Origin: Diadema setosum
Lineage: Eukaryota
Assembly: GCF_964275005.1 (NCBI RefSeq)
Contig: NC_092705.1
Location: 1,798,001 to 1,860,000, forward strand
Length of the DNA: 62,000 bases
Direction: 5' to 3'
In this document: one piece after another, positions 13,375 to 25,348 of the stretch
Numbering within the stretch: position 1 is the first letter of the stretch
Layout: each line of letters begins with the position of its first letter
Notes under the pieces: generated by a model
What the model was told of the DNA's origin: nothing
Databases searched by the model: none
Seen by the model: the letters and a program-made list of their open reading frames with translations, nothing else
Program-made: the position numbers and the translations under genes

Positions 13375-13810
13375 CAAGGCTCGACACTAACGGTGGCCCG
13401 GGGCCACCAAAAAAGAAAGTCGGGCCACCAAATTTCAAAAAAGGGCAAATTTGGTGGCCCGCCTTGGGCCACCAAATTTTTTTGAAAAGTATGTCAATAA
13501 ATTCGTAACTTTTTGCGCCGGAAATTAGCAGTTAAATTTGTTTAAAGGATGGATGAAAAGGACTGAATGAGTGCCTGAGAGTGAGTGTTGCGAGTTTGTT
13601 AAGGTTTATTTATGAGTAGATATGTCCAACTTACAATTCTTACTATGATATAACATAAATATTTGACTCATTAAAAAAACAGGACTTTTAATGTTTTTTA
13701 TTGTTTTTTTCGGGCCACAAAATTTTTTTCTCGGGCCACCAAAAATATGAAATTGAGGATTTTGGTGGCCCCATTGGGCCACCGAACAAAAAAGTTAGTG
13801 TGGAGCCCTG
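13375..13810. mobile_element. MITE with CA(G)GGCTC termini and 7-bp TSD (P-superfamily-like)
   Basis: CAAGGCTCGACACTAAC ... GTTAGTGTGGAGCCCTG. CCTAATG at 13368-13374 and 13811-13817. Many subterminal GGGCCACC/GGTGGCCC motifs. Confidence 0.8.
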
Positions 13811-14563
13811 CCTAATGAAATAGGGCACTGTGAACTGAATAAATGGATTCACTCATAACAACCACAGCTGTATCCAGCCATACAATGACACAAAACCCGA
13901 TAGATCTAAGAAATCTGAACAACATGAGCCACAGCAATATAATTACTAAGCATTGTGATCATGATCTTGTCAAAATAGGTAAGGATGCTAATAACACAGG
14001 ACATAGCACTCACTTGCACTGTATGTACAAAATTCTGGAGATGAAAACTAGTATCACAACTCTGGGCGAAATACGATGAAAACACTGATACACTTTCATG
14101 CATGCGCATATATATACACACTGCCACAAATTACATTTCAGAGAAATAAAATACATCCATTATTTAATGTAACAGAGAGTTCTATGCTTTGAATGTCTCA
14201 GAGAAAAAGACAAAGTATATTAACTGACAGTCATACTGAGTCATAAATCTTATTGTATCAAAACCCCATGAACTGTTCAATGTACGTCACCGCTTGCATG
14301 GCTGGTACTGTTAACATCAGAGCAGCAGAATCAGGCAGGAGTTTGGAGGGTAGGGATTTGAAGTTGTGCTCACTTGAATTGCAGATGAAAGATATTAAAT
14401 GATGCAGTCTTATTTGCTCAAGACAGTCTTTTCAGCTTTTCCAGATGACCCTGTCACTGTCTAAAATTGAACCATAGGATTGCCATGGTAACCATGTGTG
14501 TACCTGGATTATGAGGGTCATCCGAGGTCAAACATCTTGTCCAAGGATGTTCATAACAACACA

Positions 14564-16890
14564 AACTAGACTCGGAATTTGTCAAGACTGACAAATTAGG
14601 TGATCCGATTTTTTTTTTTTTTAATCAATGATTCGAGCTTTCACCTGAGATTAGGGACATTGGTCGTGTGATGTTTGGATTCTCATTTTGAAAAGGGAGT
14701 CAGACCTGCCATCTTGGGTACCGAATTCCGTATACACTATCAAAGAAGCAGAATGAACTATATTTGACCTTTGACCCCACTTTGCACCCCCCAATATGGC
14801 ATCTGAGCAAAAAGTGGTTATTTTGTGAAATTATTCTTGTAACATGGTCTTTGCGTGTGCAACATATGGGAAAGATAAGACATGTATTCACCAAGATACA
14901 GGATGAAACATTTATGACCTTTGACCCTAATTTACATACCCAAGATGGTGTCTGATCAAATAGTTGTTATTTTCTGAAATAATTTACGTGACATTAACTA
15001 AACATGTGCAAAATATGGGGATGATAGGGGCTGTTTTTCTTGAGTTATTGCAAAGAAAGTTGGAAAAAGAAAGAAATATGAAAATACATCGAAGATAATC
15101 TTTAATTTCAACCACTTTTTTGGACGTGATCCCGACACCATATGAAAAACAAAGGGAACACGTACGATAGCGGAAAGTCTCAGCTACAACATATTAAAAT
15201 CTGGGAGAAATTCACCGAAGGGTAAGTGAGCTAGTGCTCGATAAAGACAATCATGTCAGTTTTCACATCTAGAAAAATTCCCTCCCATAGAGATAACACG
15301 TCATAACGAAGATAAAGAAAGAAGTACATATGACCTTTGACCCCAATCTGCACAGACAAGATGGCATCTGAGCAAAAAGTGGTTATTTTGTGAAATGATC
15401 CTTGTAACACGGTCTTTACGTGTGCAAAATATGGGGAAGATAGAACATGTATTCACCAAGATACAGGATGAAACATTTATGACCTTTGACCCTAATTTAC
15501 ATACCCAAGATGGCGTCTGATCAAGTGGTTGTTATTTTATGAAATAATGTACGTGACATGAACTAAACATGTGCAAAATATGGTGGTGATAGAGTATGTT
15601 TTTCTTGAGTTATTGCAAAGAAAGTTGGAAAAAGAAAGAAATATGAAAATACATCGAAGATAGGCTTTGATTTCAACCAAGTTTTTGGACGTGATCCCGA
15701 TACCGTATGAAAAAATGAAGGGCACATTAAGATAGCCCAAAGTCTCAGCTACAACATATTAAAATCTTAGAGAAATTCACCGAAGCATAGGTGAGCTAGT
15801 GCTCGAAAAAGATAGTCATGTCAATTTTCATTTCCAGAAAAACTGCACTCCCATTAAGATAACACGTAAACTGATCAAATTTGACAAGATTACTTTCAAT
15901 CCAATATTACGAGGTGATGCCGTCATCTAATCAAAATGTTGTTAATATATTAATGAAAGAGCATTCAGTAAGCTGCAACATACTGAAATCTGGGTAAAAA
16001 TTGGCCAAGGATAAGTGAGATACGCTCGAGTGAACTTGTAATTTGATGACGTCATTTTGAAAATTTGCTCTTTTTATTTTATTAAGAAATTTGATATCTT
16101 TTAATCATTTTTCCAGCATCGCCAACCCATGAAATGACATGTACAACTCATCAGCTTTCAGAATGTGTAAAGAAAATGAGGGGTCACCGTCCATCCTGAC
16201 GAGTAAAATCGGATTTAAAATTGGCGGTTTTTTGGCATTGTTGCACTGTATATCGCCATTGACGCGCGCGCGGAATTTCAACTTTGACGGGCCCTTATGA
16301 CGTCATATTGAGTCGGATTGACTTGAAACTTGGTAGACATATTCCCTGACATTTCAGGCAGGCGATAAGTGTGAAAAAACGGGAAATTTCTTTTGTATAT
16401 GAGCTGTGCGTCCGTATATGCGCGCGCGCGTACGCGTCCGTAAATTTTTTTCAATTTTTCAAAAAATGCTCCAAATGGTCTGAAACGTGTGCAAAAAAAA
16501 TTTGAGCTCGATTTGAGCATACAAATATTTCAACGCACGTTTTAAGGTATAGATGAATTTTGAGAATATGAATAGAATGCGCTTGACTTGAAATATATGT
16601 GACGTAAATTTCATTCAAAAATTCCATTCCATTAATGAGATATGATTGAGAATGTGTTTTCATATAATGACGTCATAGTGACGTCACGGTCGACTGATCA
16701 CTTTGATTTTAGTTCGATTGCCGTCTTTGGGAGACGATACATATATGGTATAAGTTTGAAATTGATAGGAAGAGGACTTTCTGAGCTAATCGATGCACAA
16801 CTTTTGGGGAGAAAGAAGAAAAAGAAGAAGAAGAAGAAAGAATCCGTACAAAAACAGAAGGTGATCCGAGAGGATACTCGGATCACCTAA
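14564..16890. mobile_element. Non-autonomous Helentron-associated (HINE/DINE-1/pearl-like) element with internal ~565-bp tandem duplication
   Basis: One end has AACTAGA, hairpin AATTTGTCA-agac-TGACAAATT and AGGTGATCCGA. The other end has an (AAG)n microsatellite, then hairpin AGGTGATCCGAG-aggata-CTCGGATCACCT and AA. Duplicated unit (e.g. 14915 vs 15480). No ORF. Confidence 0.75.
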
Positions 16891-17163
16891 TTCAGACTCT
16901 GGGAATTCTTGCTCTCATACAGTATGAACCTTAATACTGTCATACCACTGTCACTCCTGCAAGGGATGAGCTCTTGATGTATGGCATACGTTTGTACGGG
17001 TGGTAAGTACATTTTCTATTTTTAGGGCTTAGAGTGTACACGTTTTGTGCCACGCGCCTGCCTGCCTCTCTACACATGAGATTCAATTTGTCATAGGGAT
17101 CAGCGGCACAGCATCTGATGTGGTAGATGGGATAACACTGGAGGGAAAGGTCAACAACCTCAC

Positions 17164-17285
17164 GCGGAATGCCAAGCAAGTTCTCTCCGCATCATCTCGC
17201 CGCGGCCATCTCGCCGCGGCCGCCTCGCTGCCAGCCCGTTTGCGCAGCTCCGAATGTGAGGTGCGCCATGGCTGTGGCACAACAT
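17164..17285 (-). CDS. Weak candidate alternative first exon (40 codons + 2 nt)
   Basis: ATG at 17285 (further in-frame ATGs at 17195 and 17192). Encodes MLCHSHGAPHIRSCANGLAARRPRRDGRGEMMRRELAWHS, then GC|GTGAGG. 122 nt = phase 2. CpG-dense, but the donor is weak. Confidence 0.25.
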
Positions 17286-17648
17286 CAACACGACACTGAC
17301 ACCGTGCAATTCACTAGGGAGACACTACAATACAATATTGACAAAAAGGGCTTAAAGAAGAATTCGCTGCCATGTAATGTACTATTCACCAATCTAAAGT
17401 ATCCATCCACTCTATAATATGACCAGAGAATCTCAGTTAATATACACCTCGCATACACATTCTGTGAAACTATGATGATCAAAACCGAGTGGTCAACCCA
17501 ATGGTGGTTACATTGGTCCTTACACCTGCAACCTACAAAAACATATTGACAGGAAGTAGCAGCAGAATCAATGCGGGGCGATGCCCATCAAATTTTGTCC
17601 AAACGTCACATCTTATCAATGTCCAGTCCGAGTAAATGAAATGCTTAC

Positions 17649-17707
17649 GGTTTTCTTTTGGTCGTACTGTGTCTTCTTGCCCCTTGCTGGCTCGTCGATG
17701 GGTCCAT
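17649..17707 (-). CDS. TSC22D: Candidate alternative first coding exon of the TSC22D gene (19 codons + 2 nt)
   Basis: ATG at 17707 with an in-frame TGA three codons upstream. Encodes MDPSTSQQGARRHSTTKRK, then CC|GTAAGC donor. 59 nt = phase 2, in frame with the shared exon. GC-richer UTR-like sequence runs to about 18050. Confidence 0.55.
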
Positions 17708-18359
17708 TGGACATCAGGACAGAGGGAGAAAGAAGGACTGGGGAGAGAGAGAGATGCCGCCGATGATGCCTACGTGCATTGGTGGCGGGGTGATGGGCGA
17801 TCAGTAATGCTGCGGGAATTGATGGCCGAGAGCGGATGGCGCATCGTGCAGATGGACAAGAAGACACGCAGAGGTGGAGGAGGATAAGAGGCTATTTTTG
17901 TGTACGTTGGTAGTCTTGATCGGAGGCAAGGAAGTGGATGGGAGGACGAAAGTAGAGAGGGAGGATGGGAGAGAGTGTAAAGATGGGAAAGAGATATACA
18001 TACATGTGGATGCATGTAAGGGGGTTGTGGGTAATTGGGTCACATCGCTATGGTAACTTGGAAAACAGCAGGAGTGGCTGATGAACTGGGAGAAAGATGC
18101 ATGGAGGAAGAGTAAGAAATCTCAGGAGAGTCAGAGAGTTGCTGCTATGTTAGAGTTTTTCTTCTAGTTCAAAGAGGAATTATATTGTGTTATATAAAAT
18201 GAATGATAATTTTTTTTTCATTGTAATCTCCCTCCTCCCTACCCCTGCCCCCTAAAAAATACTCTGCATTCCTTGGGAAATATACTAAACAGAAAAATTA
18301 AAACATAAAAAACATACATAGCTGCCACAACTGTCTGCATTTGAATCTATTTTAATAAC

Positions 18360-18585
18360 CACAGATTGACACTGACTCTTTTTTTTTCCTCGTGCCTGTT
18401 TGAGATGCTAAAATCTTTAAATTTTACATTTTGGTGGCTGGAAATGAAAAGAAATACAAAACTTCATTTCAATTAATCAAATTTTAGCTGTCCGATCAAG
18501 CCACCAAAAGAGAGCTTTTCCAGGAAATTTGTTGGCCCGACATCAAGTTTTAAAGGCCCTGGGCCACCACCAATGTTGGGTCCTG
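18360..18585. mobile_element. Degenerate copy of the GGCCACC (P-like) MITE family
   Basis: Ends GGCCCTGGGCCACCACCAATGTTGGGTCCTG; internal GGTGGC/GCCACC motifs as in the 13375, 40139 and 48321 copies. Confidence 0.45.
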
Positions 18586-21500
18586 ATGACCAATATTACA
18601 GTATGAGGATGCTGATTGCACGTGAAGTGGGCAGCCAATGCTATGGCTACTATGCACATAATACATTATGCATACATGAATGACCCTTCCTATCTTGCCA
18701 AATTAGGGTCCAAGCCCGAGACCGGAACTATGTCGTGCTGCGATGACATCATGAAATCCTATCACAGGGCATTAATGGTGAAGATCTCTACACCTGTGCC
18801 TATGCTAACAGAAGAAAAACAGAGAAATGGTACAGGGGGTGGGGGGGGGGGGGGGGGGGGACAAGATCTGAACTTCGGGGACCTGTTCCAGGAAAGTGGG
18901 TCTGGTTCCAAGACCGGGCTTTTGGTGGGCGCTGGCTCCTGGTGTTTGGCCTGGTGCCCGACTATCACTGGAATGCTGAGCTTTAAAGTTCAAGGAGGGG
19001 GAGGGTTAGCTGGTAGAGGACGGAGATACCATTCAAATGGCGCCCAGTTCAAGCTAACAAGGCTGAATGATGTGGGACACACTGGCTTAGCCCCTCCCAT
19101 CAAACCCGTTCATCTACGTGTCATTTCAATGCTTGCATGATTAGAGACCGCCTCATGAATGCACGCATGTGTTTACGGCCTCCTGGAGGGTGGAATACTA
19201 CCATAAATGCCAAAGCTACCCTTTTGAACGCACGCACGCATTGCTTTGATTGACGGTCTCATGTGCTAATAAACAAATGATGTTGAAGGAAAAGCTTGAA
19301 CTGCATTACGTGTTTCCTCTTCCAAGTATACCAAGAGGAGATTAAAACACAGATGAATTCTCTGTTGAGAAACGTCTGATTCCTTCTTTGGCACATTTCC
19401 ATGGTATTACCAGCACATGAGCACTTTTGTGGGTCAGAACATGCTCGGTTAAAACATGTGTGTAACGTCCTGTTCAACAATGCACCCAAATTCACAGACT
19501 GTACAACAGTATACAGTACTTTTCCACTGAAGACCAAGGGCATTGTAATGCATCTTGTACATCATCTGAACTGTTCTTTTCTAATTTCAATCATAATTAT
19601 CATCACCATCACCATCATCATCATTTTATTATTGTTGTTGCTGCTGCTGTCTTGTTTATGTTCATCTTCATCATCATTATGATTTCATAATTTGGCATCT
19701 AAAGACAAGATAAAATACACAAGGAGCATCTTACAGTAGCTACCACACTGAAAGCCCAGGTCCAAAGTATGACTGATCAATCGTTGCTCAAGATAAAGAA
19801 AACAATAACAGCAACATAAAAATCAACCATCACGACCAACAACAACAACAACAACAAGTGTATTTGAATTACTATGGCAATGGCAAACAAGGTATGCATT
19901 TTTCATGGCTCCTGTGGCAGCGATCGCACATATTTAATGTCATAGGTCTCTGGCCGCATTAAAGTATACACATCTAGCCGCAAAATTCTGTCATCCTGCA
20001 CACCCATAAACCCTATATTATCATGATGTACACAGAGCGTATAATATGGGGATGCTACTACCAGTACTATCCTGGCCATATTGTAATTAAGAATGTTAAC
20101 ACCCGACGTCACATAACCACAAATTGCAGCAATCACAATGTAAGTTAAGAATTCAAAGATTCAATCTCATTACGCTACCCAATCAAAAATAATGCCTCTG
20201 GCACCCTTCGGGCGGATGTATAAAAAAAAAATATTGAGCAAATGAAATAATTGATGTCCTTATTTAATTTGGACAAAATAATCAATGAAATATATAATTC
20301 CTACAATCAACTCCTGACAAAAAATATGTCTGCTTAAAATTGCTAGTCTTAACTCAAAACTTCCATGTCAAAATTAAAATTTATCATTATTATTCCATCC
20401 TAATATTATTGCAATTAACATTCTTATCTTCATTACTCATCAAGCAGGTATAACATCCCCAGCTAAAATGGATATGTCTGGTTACATTGCCATAGCTATA
20501 AGGGGCATTAGAGTACATATAAATTAAAAACAACACTATTGCTTGTGTCTGTTTAAAACCTGAAACCAGTTTGCAGTTTTCACAACCATAATTACATCTT
20601 AGATATGATAATTGTACTTTAAATATTTATGACGATTTAGGGAAAAATAATCTTGCTGTATCCCCAAGCAGGTTTTGTCCATGCGTAAGCTACATCTAAA
20701 TATTTTTGATATCTCAAAACAAGTCAGTTTCTTTGATTGTACATCTCTGATTTATGAAATGTAATAATAGCATACAAAAGGCTTATATCAGAAACATTTG
20801 GTTTCTTATACTGCTTTCTTATGAATTTTGTTTAATATAATCTTATTGTGAATTTGCTTATCCCCATCTGTTTCAATGTGGTAAGAGATCATAAATTGAT
20901 GCATCGGATCATTTTCAACTCTTTATATCAGAAATTGGACATTCTTGCTTACCTTTGTATGATTATCACTACAAATAAAGTAGTTGGCTCATTGAACACA
21001 GAAACAAATTTTCTTTTTTTTAGTATTAAAGATTTTTTTATGGCAGTGTTTTTTTCGTTTTTTTTAGTAAACCTCATTAATATTATTGTTAGCATTACCA
21101 TTATTATCATAATAAACATTAGTAACAGCGGCAATATATAGTCGTTCAGTTTTCATTATTATAAGCATCACTGTTACCATTAGTACCATATTTATCACCA
21201 TTATGAACTAACATATGTCTTATGCCTATGGTATAATTTGAATCTTTGGTAGAAGTGTCTTAGCAATAGCAGCAGTGAGGGTAATGTGTAAAGGCAGTCA
21301 AATGAAAAATTAAGAACCTTACGATTCTTGGGACGTAAGATCAAATGGCAAAACAAAAACAACCAAAACAGCCAAAATAAAGAAAGCTGAAAATGCCTTA
21401 AGCACCCAGGGTGCAAACACATAAATAAAAAAGAGAAAACAATGTGGAAAGCATGAACTGGAAAGAAAATGTAAAAGAAAACATGGGAGGGTGGGTGTGA

Positions 21501-22167
21501 GGGAAGTCGGAAAAAGGTGTCCACTGTTCCTATAATAGATCATGTCTCACGGCGACGTACCAGATAGCGACGGTCACATGCTAAAAACAAACGATCTTGC
21601 CACGATACGCAATGTGCGTCATCTCCTGCAGCCGATACAAAGCCCAAAAGTGATAGCTTCTCCGACGAGAGAGGTGGGGGGGGGGGGGGGGGAGAAACCA
21701 CACTAGATTGCAATTAAACACATTTACGCCTGAAGCCCTTCACAAGACTCTCAGGTTTCTGCCAAATTTAGCTTGTGAGATGGATCACAGGGATTCCACA
21801 GGAAAATGAAGTAGTAATGTCCAGAGTCGGGAGATGTGAACTGGAATGAAAGAACCAGAGAGCAGATAATCTCACGGTATAGTTCTCTGAAATACGCTTT
21901 GGATGGAGCAGCACAAACGTCATAAAAACACTCGGAAATGATTTCTTCAAGAAACAGCCCATTATCAGAGATCCCAACATCAACATATCAGCATTAGGAG
22001 GATGCTCCCATGCAATCAGGGAGACATTTGCGCATCAAATGCATCTCGATTGAAATACAATTAGTGCAGTGTATAAGGGGGCTTTTATATTCTCTGGTTA
22101 CTGAATCAGGAACTCTATGACATTATGTAAATTTGCTGTTACTGCAATTGTATTATCATAACAAGAG

Positions 22168-22344
22168 CAGGAAATAATTTTTCTTCTCGAAATTGAATAG
22201 CAATTTTTGTCAATGGACATACATTTTCAACAAAATGGTATACAAGTCTATGTAATGAAACTGCTATGCAAATTACATTTTGTACAGCAGTCATACCAAA
22301 ATGCATAGCAAATTGCTATGCGATACCAGGAAAATTATTCCCTG
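22168..22344. mobile_element. 177-bp MITE with CAGG termini and 6-bp TSD
   Basis: CAGGAAATAATTTT ... AAAATTATTCCCTG. CAAGAG at 22162-22167 and 22345-22350. Second copy at 2809-2983. Confidence 0.8.
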
Positions 22345-22497
22345 CAAGAGGCATCTCATTGTGTTTGCGTGTGTGTGTGTGAGTGTGTGTGTGTGTGTGT
22401 GCGCCTGTCTGCGGGTTTACTTTGGTTGTTGTTGTTGTTGTTGTTTTTGATGGACGACTATGATCAATTCTAACCAAAAAATAAAATACATCTTAAA

Positions 22498-23268
22498 AGG
22501 AAACTCAAAAGAAGGGTTTTCTTTTCTTTTACAAAACAATATATATGAATTTATGATCATACATATCAAAATGAAGAGAACATTGAAAGTTGTGCTTCTA
22601 CAGTGTATGTGATAATAATATTGGAAAGATATAGAATGTTGAAGTGTCCCATGTTTTCATAAGACAGTGAGTCATGTCATGATCATTTACTATGCAAATC
22701 AAATGGGATAATGTCAGCTCCTCACAACTCTCACAATGGTTCGTACATCGTCGTGAAAAATATTATGAAAAGTACCGTATGAATATGTTGATTAATGTCG
22801 CAAGTCTCGGAATCAGAACTACCCCTTTAAAAATCTCATCGCTGCCAAATTCATGCCATAATACGATGCAGAGGATACGATTTCTTCCTTTCTGGATGAT
22901 TTTTAAAGCGAAAGGAAATCTCGCAAAGATTTGGATGCGAGCTAATGACAGAGTGGTAAGGCAGTGACATCATCGCCTCATTTTACTAGGAAATGAGATT
23001 GAGATAGTTCATAGTTTTCATGAAAGCATGTGTAATTTTCATGAAAAATGAATTTTTGTGGAATTCCCTTTATATTTTCTTTATTTTGTTGTCTACAATG
23101 ATGTCATGACCTCTTGTAGTCTCCTTATCCAGCAGTTCCAACACCAAAACTTGAACAATTTATAACTTTTGCATTGATTGTCCGATTTTCCTCAAACTTT
23201 CCCTAATGTGTTCTACTAATGTTGCTGTTTTCACTCAATCCACATTTCTCTTTGGGTTTGGGCTTCCT
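22498..23268. mobile_element. Kolobok-like non-autonomous element (AGG...CCT termini, TTAA-type target)
   Basis: TTAA(a)AGGAAACTCAAA ... TTTGGGTTTGGGCTTCCT-TTCA. Degenerate inverted ends. Confidence 0.55.
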
Positions 23269-23384
23269 TTCATGCTACTCCATAAATGACAGTCAATTCA
23301 CATATGGGTGAGAGTTTCACAGGCAATTCCAGAAATGCGGAATGGTAAAAGGAACAACCTAACCAACGACAACTAAGTGTTGGC

Positions 23385-23626
23385 CATAATTTGTCTCTTT
23401 GTCCCTCGGATAGGACATAAAATGGAGGTCCCGTGTATGAGAGAGTCACAGCTCATGCACGTAAAAGATCCCGCTTCATTCATTCATCGCAAAGAGCAGG
23501 GTGTCTAACCCGGTGAAGTGGTCCCACCCCACATCCAACTGGACCCCATATGGAAGACCAGCTTAGTGTAGCTGAATATGGGCTATCCAGCCATCTTCAC
23601 AGATGGAAAATGAACAACAACAACAA
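23385..23626 (+). mobile_element. 5'-truncated SINE with Deu/Nin-type core and (AAC)n tail
   Basis: CTCGGATAGGACATAAAATGGAGGTCCCGTG...GCACGTAAAAGATCCC...CGCAAAGAGCAGGG...CCCGGTG resembles the conserved DeuSINE/Nin central domain (recognised from memory, not aligned). Ends in AACAACAACAA. No tRNA/5S head visible. Confidence 0.7.
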
Positions 23627-23660
23627 GTACAACAAAATGGAAGATATCACAAATTTACAC

Positions 23661-24115
23661 ATGGGTAATTCCGTGAAGTTGGGGCACAAAGTGTGACATT
23701 TTAGCATAACTCAATACTAATTATGCTATACATATATTGTTCATAGGATTTACATTTGTATTGAGACCATACATTTTCCTGGAAATTTTGTGCCATTCAG
23801 ACTCAATTTTGATGAAGTTATTAAAATGATATGTAAAGGTGTCCTGTAGCATTGTGACGTGTCCATGTAGCATTGTGATAGTTAAAATCTGGTCCTAAAA
23901 GACAAATTAATGCAATTAGCTTGACCAAAATTTGATATAATATGCATAATTACTAGATTAGTCAGGAAAATGTGTGGCCTCGATGCAAATGTAAAGCCTA
24001 CAAACAATAAATGTATCTATAGCATAATTAATATTGAGTTACGCTGAAATGTATTTTTTAGATATCACGATGCTACACTACATGGACACTGCCCCAACTT
24101 CATGGAATTACCCAT
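23661..24115. mobile_element. 455-bp MITE with 26-bp TIRs (superfamily uncertain; IS3EU-like termini)
   Basis: ATGGGTAATTCCGTGAAGTTGGGGCA / TGCCCCAACTTCATGGAATTACCCAT, one mismatch. No clean TSD. Confidence 0.75.
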
Positions 24116-24135
24116 ATACATACATACAATACACA

Positions 24136-24174
<39 letters not shown>

Positions 24175-25040
24175 AATCAAGTCCTTCCACAGGATACAAA
24201 ATGCATGGAGACATCTCCTGAATCAAACTGGAAACAAAGACATAATAAACTCTCACAAGACACTCATAATCTGCCTTCTCTTGGTGGCTTGTTTCTGGAA
24301 GATTTCACTCCAAACCTGGCCATTTTAAGTATTTTTCTAAATGTTTCCTTCATCCCTTTTCTCACATTCTCGTCATATTTTCTATAAAGACTGCTTTTCT
24401 CTGCACCATGAGATGAGCACCTGTTTATGGTGGATAATGGCACATCATACGTGTTCTTTATATTTAAATATCAATACAAAGAATTTTTCCATTTTTTTCA
24501 AACAGCAACATGGAGGCACCCTTGGTCCTCCTTGGATACACAACACAATTTTAATGACGCGAGGAAACATTTCACACAGAGCATACATATAGCCAATACA
24601 AAATCATTTCTATCTGCACGAAGCACATTAACATTCTGAGGTAGACAGACATCACTCTCATTCTATGCCCTTACATCAAAAGGATGTTTTGTGTCCTGAA
24701 AGAAAATAAGCTAAATCAAATATTAAACCAAATAATAAATGACATCACCATTAACAGTTTGTTGCCATATCATAAATCTGGCCTGCATAAATGCACTATG
24801 AGGATCTCCCTGTTAACCATTCTACTTTCTTCTTCAGTATTACTTGAGAGTCGGACTCATTATTAAAGCATCCTTCTGCCAACATTACAGGTTCTTCATC
24901 ATCTTAATCTCTCTGTATTTTCTTTTGTACCAGCCACAGGTGGGGAAGAATCGAGACAGCAGAGGGCCCATGGCTTCCTTTTTCATCAAACTGCTTGTAG
25001 AGCTTCAGTGTTCATTCACACAGACATCACACACGTTTGA

Positions 25041-25161
25041 ATATATACTAAACATATACATGTGAATATATACTAGGCATATACATGTGAATATACTAAA
25101 CATATACATGTGAATATATACTAGACATATACATGTAAATATACTAAATATATACATGTGA
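25041..25161. repeat. Minisatellite, 5 copies of a 23-25-bp unit
   Basis: Unit (AT)ATATACTARRCATATACATGTGA starting at 25041, 25066, 25091, 25114 and 25139. Confidence 0.9.
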
Positions 25162-25202
25162 ACATATGAAAAGATACATATTTGCGGGGGAAAAACTCCT
25201 AC

Positions 25203-25348
25203 CTCTGAAATACCATGATGACCCCCATCATGGCCTGGTCCAGGTTTTGGGCCTCAAACGGGCACCCATTGGGGGAGAATGCCGCCACCCCGACATCACT
25301 CTTATCCAAGAAGTCTGCCCCTTTCCCCACGTCAAGAATCGGCTTCAT
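25203..25348 (-). CDS. TSC22D: Probable alternative first coding exon of the TSC22D gene (48 codons + 2 nt)
   Basis: ATG at 25348 (context AGC ATG A, in-frame TGA upstream). Encodes MKPILDVGKGADFLDKSDVGVAAFSPNGCPFEAQNLDQAMMGVIMVFQ, then AG|GTAGGA donor. 146 nt = phase 2, joining the 49-nt exon in frame (AG+C = Ser). Preceded by about 600 nt of CpG-richer, UTR/promoter-like sequence. Confidence 0.7.

Noticed and set aside
18616..19140. Longest ORF in the track (174 aa, plus strand)
   Set aside because: Non-ATG start, passes through a G homopolymer, no recognisable domain, and antisense to the host gene.
21868..21986. ATG-initiated minus ORF reaching ACC|GTGAGA
   Set aside because: Phase 0, so out of frame with the shared exon; the donor is weak and the peptide unremarkable.
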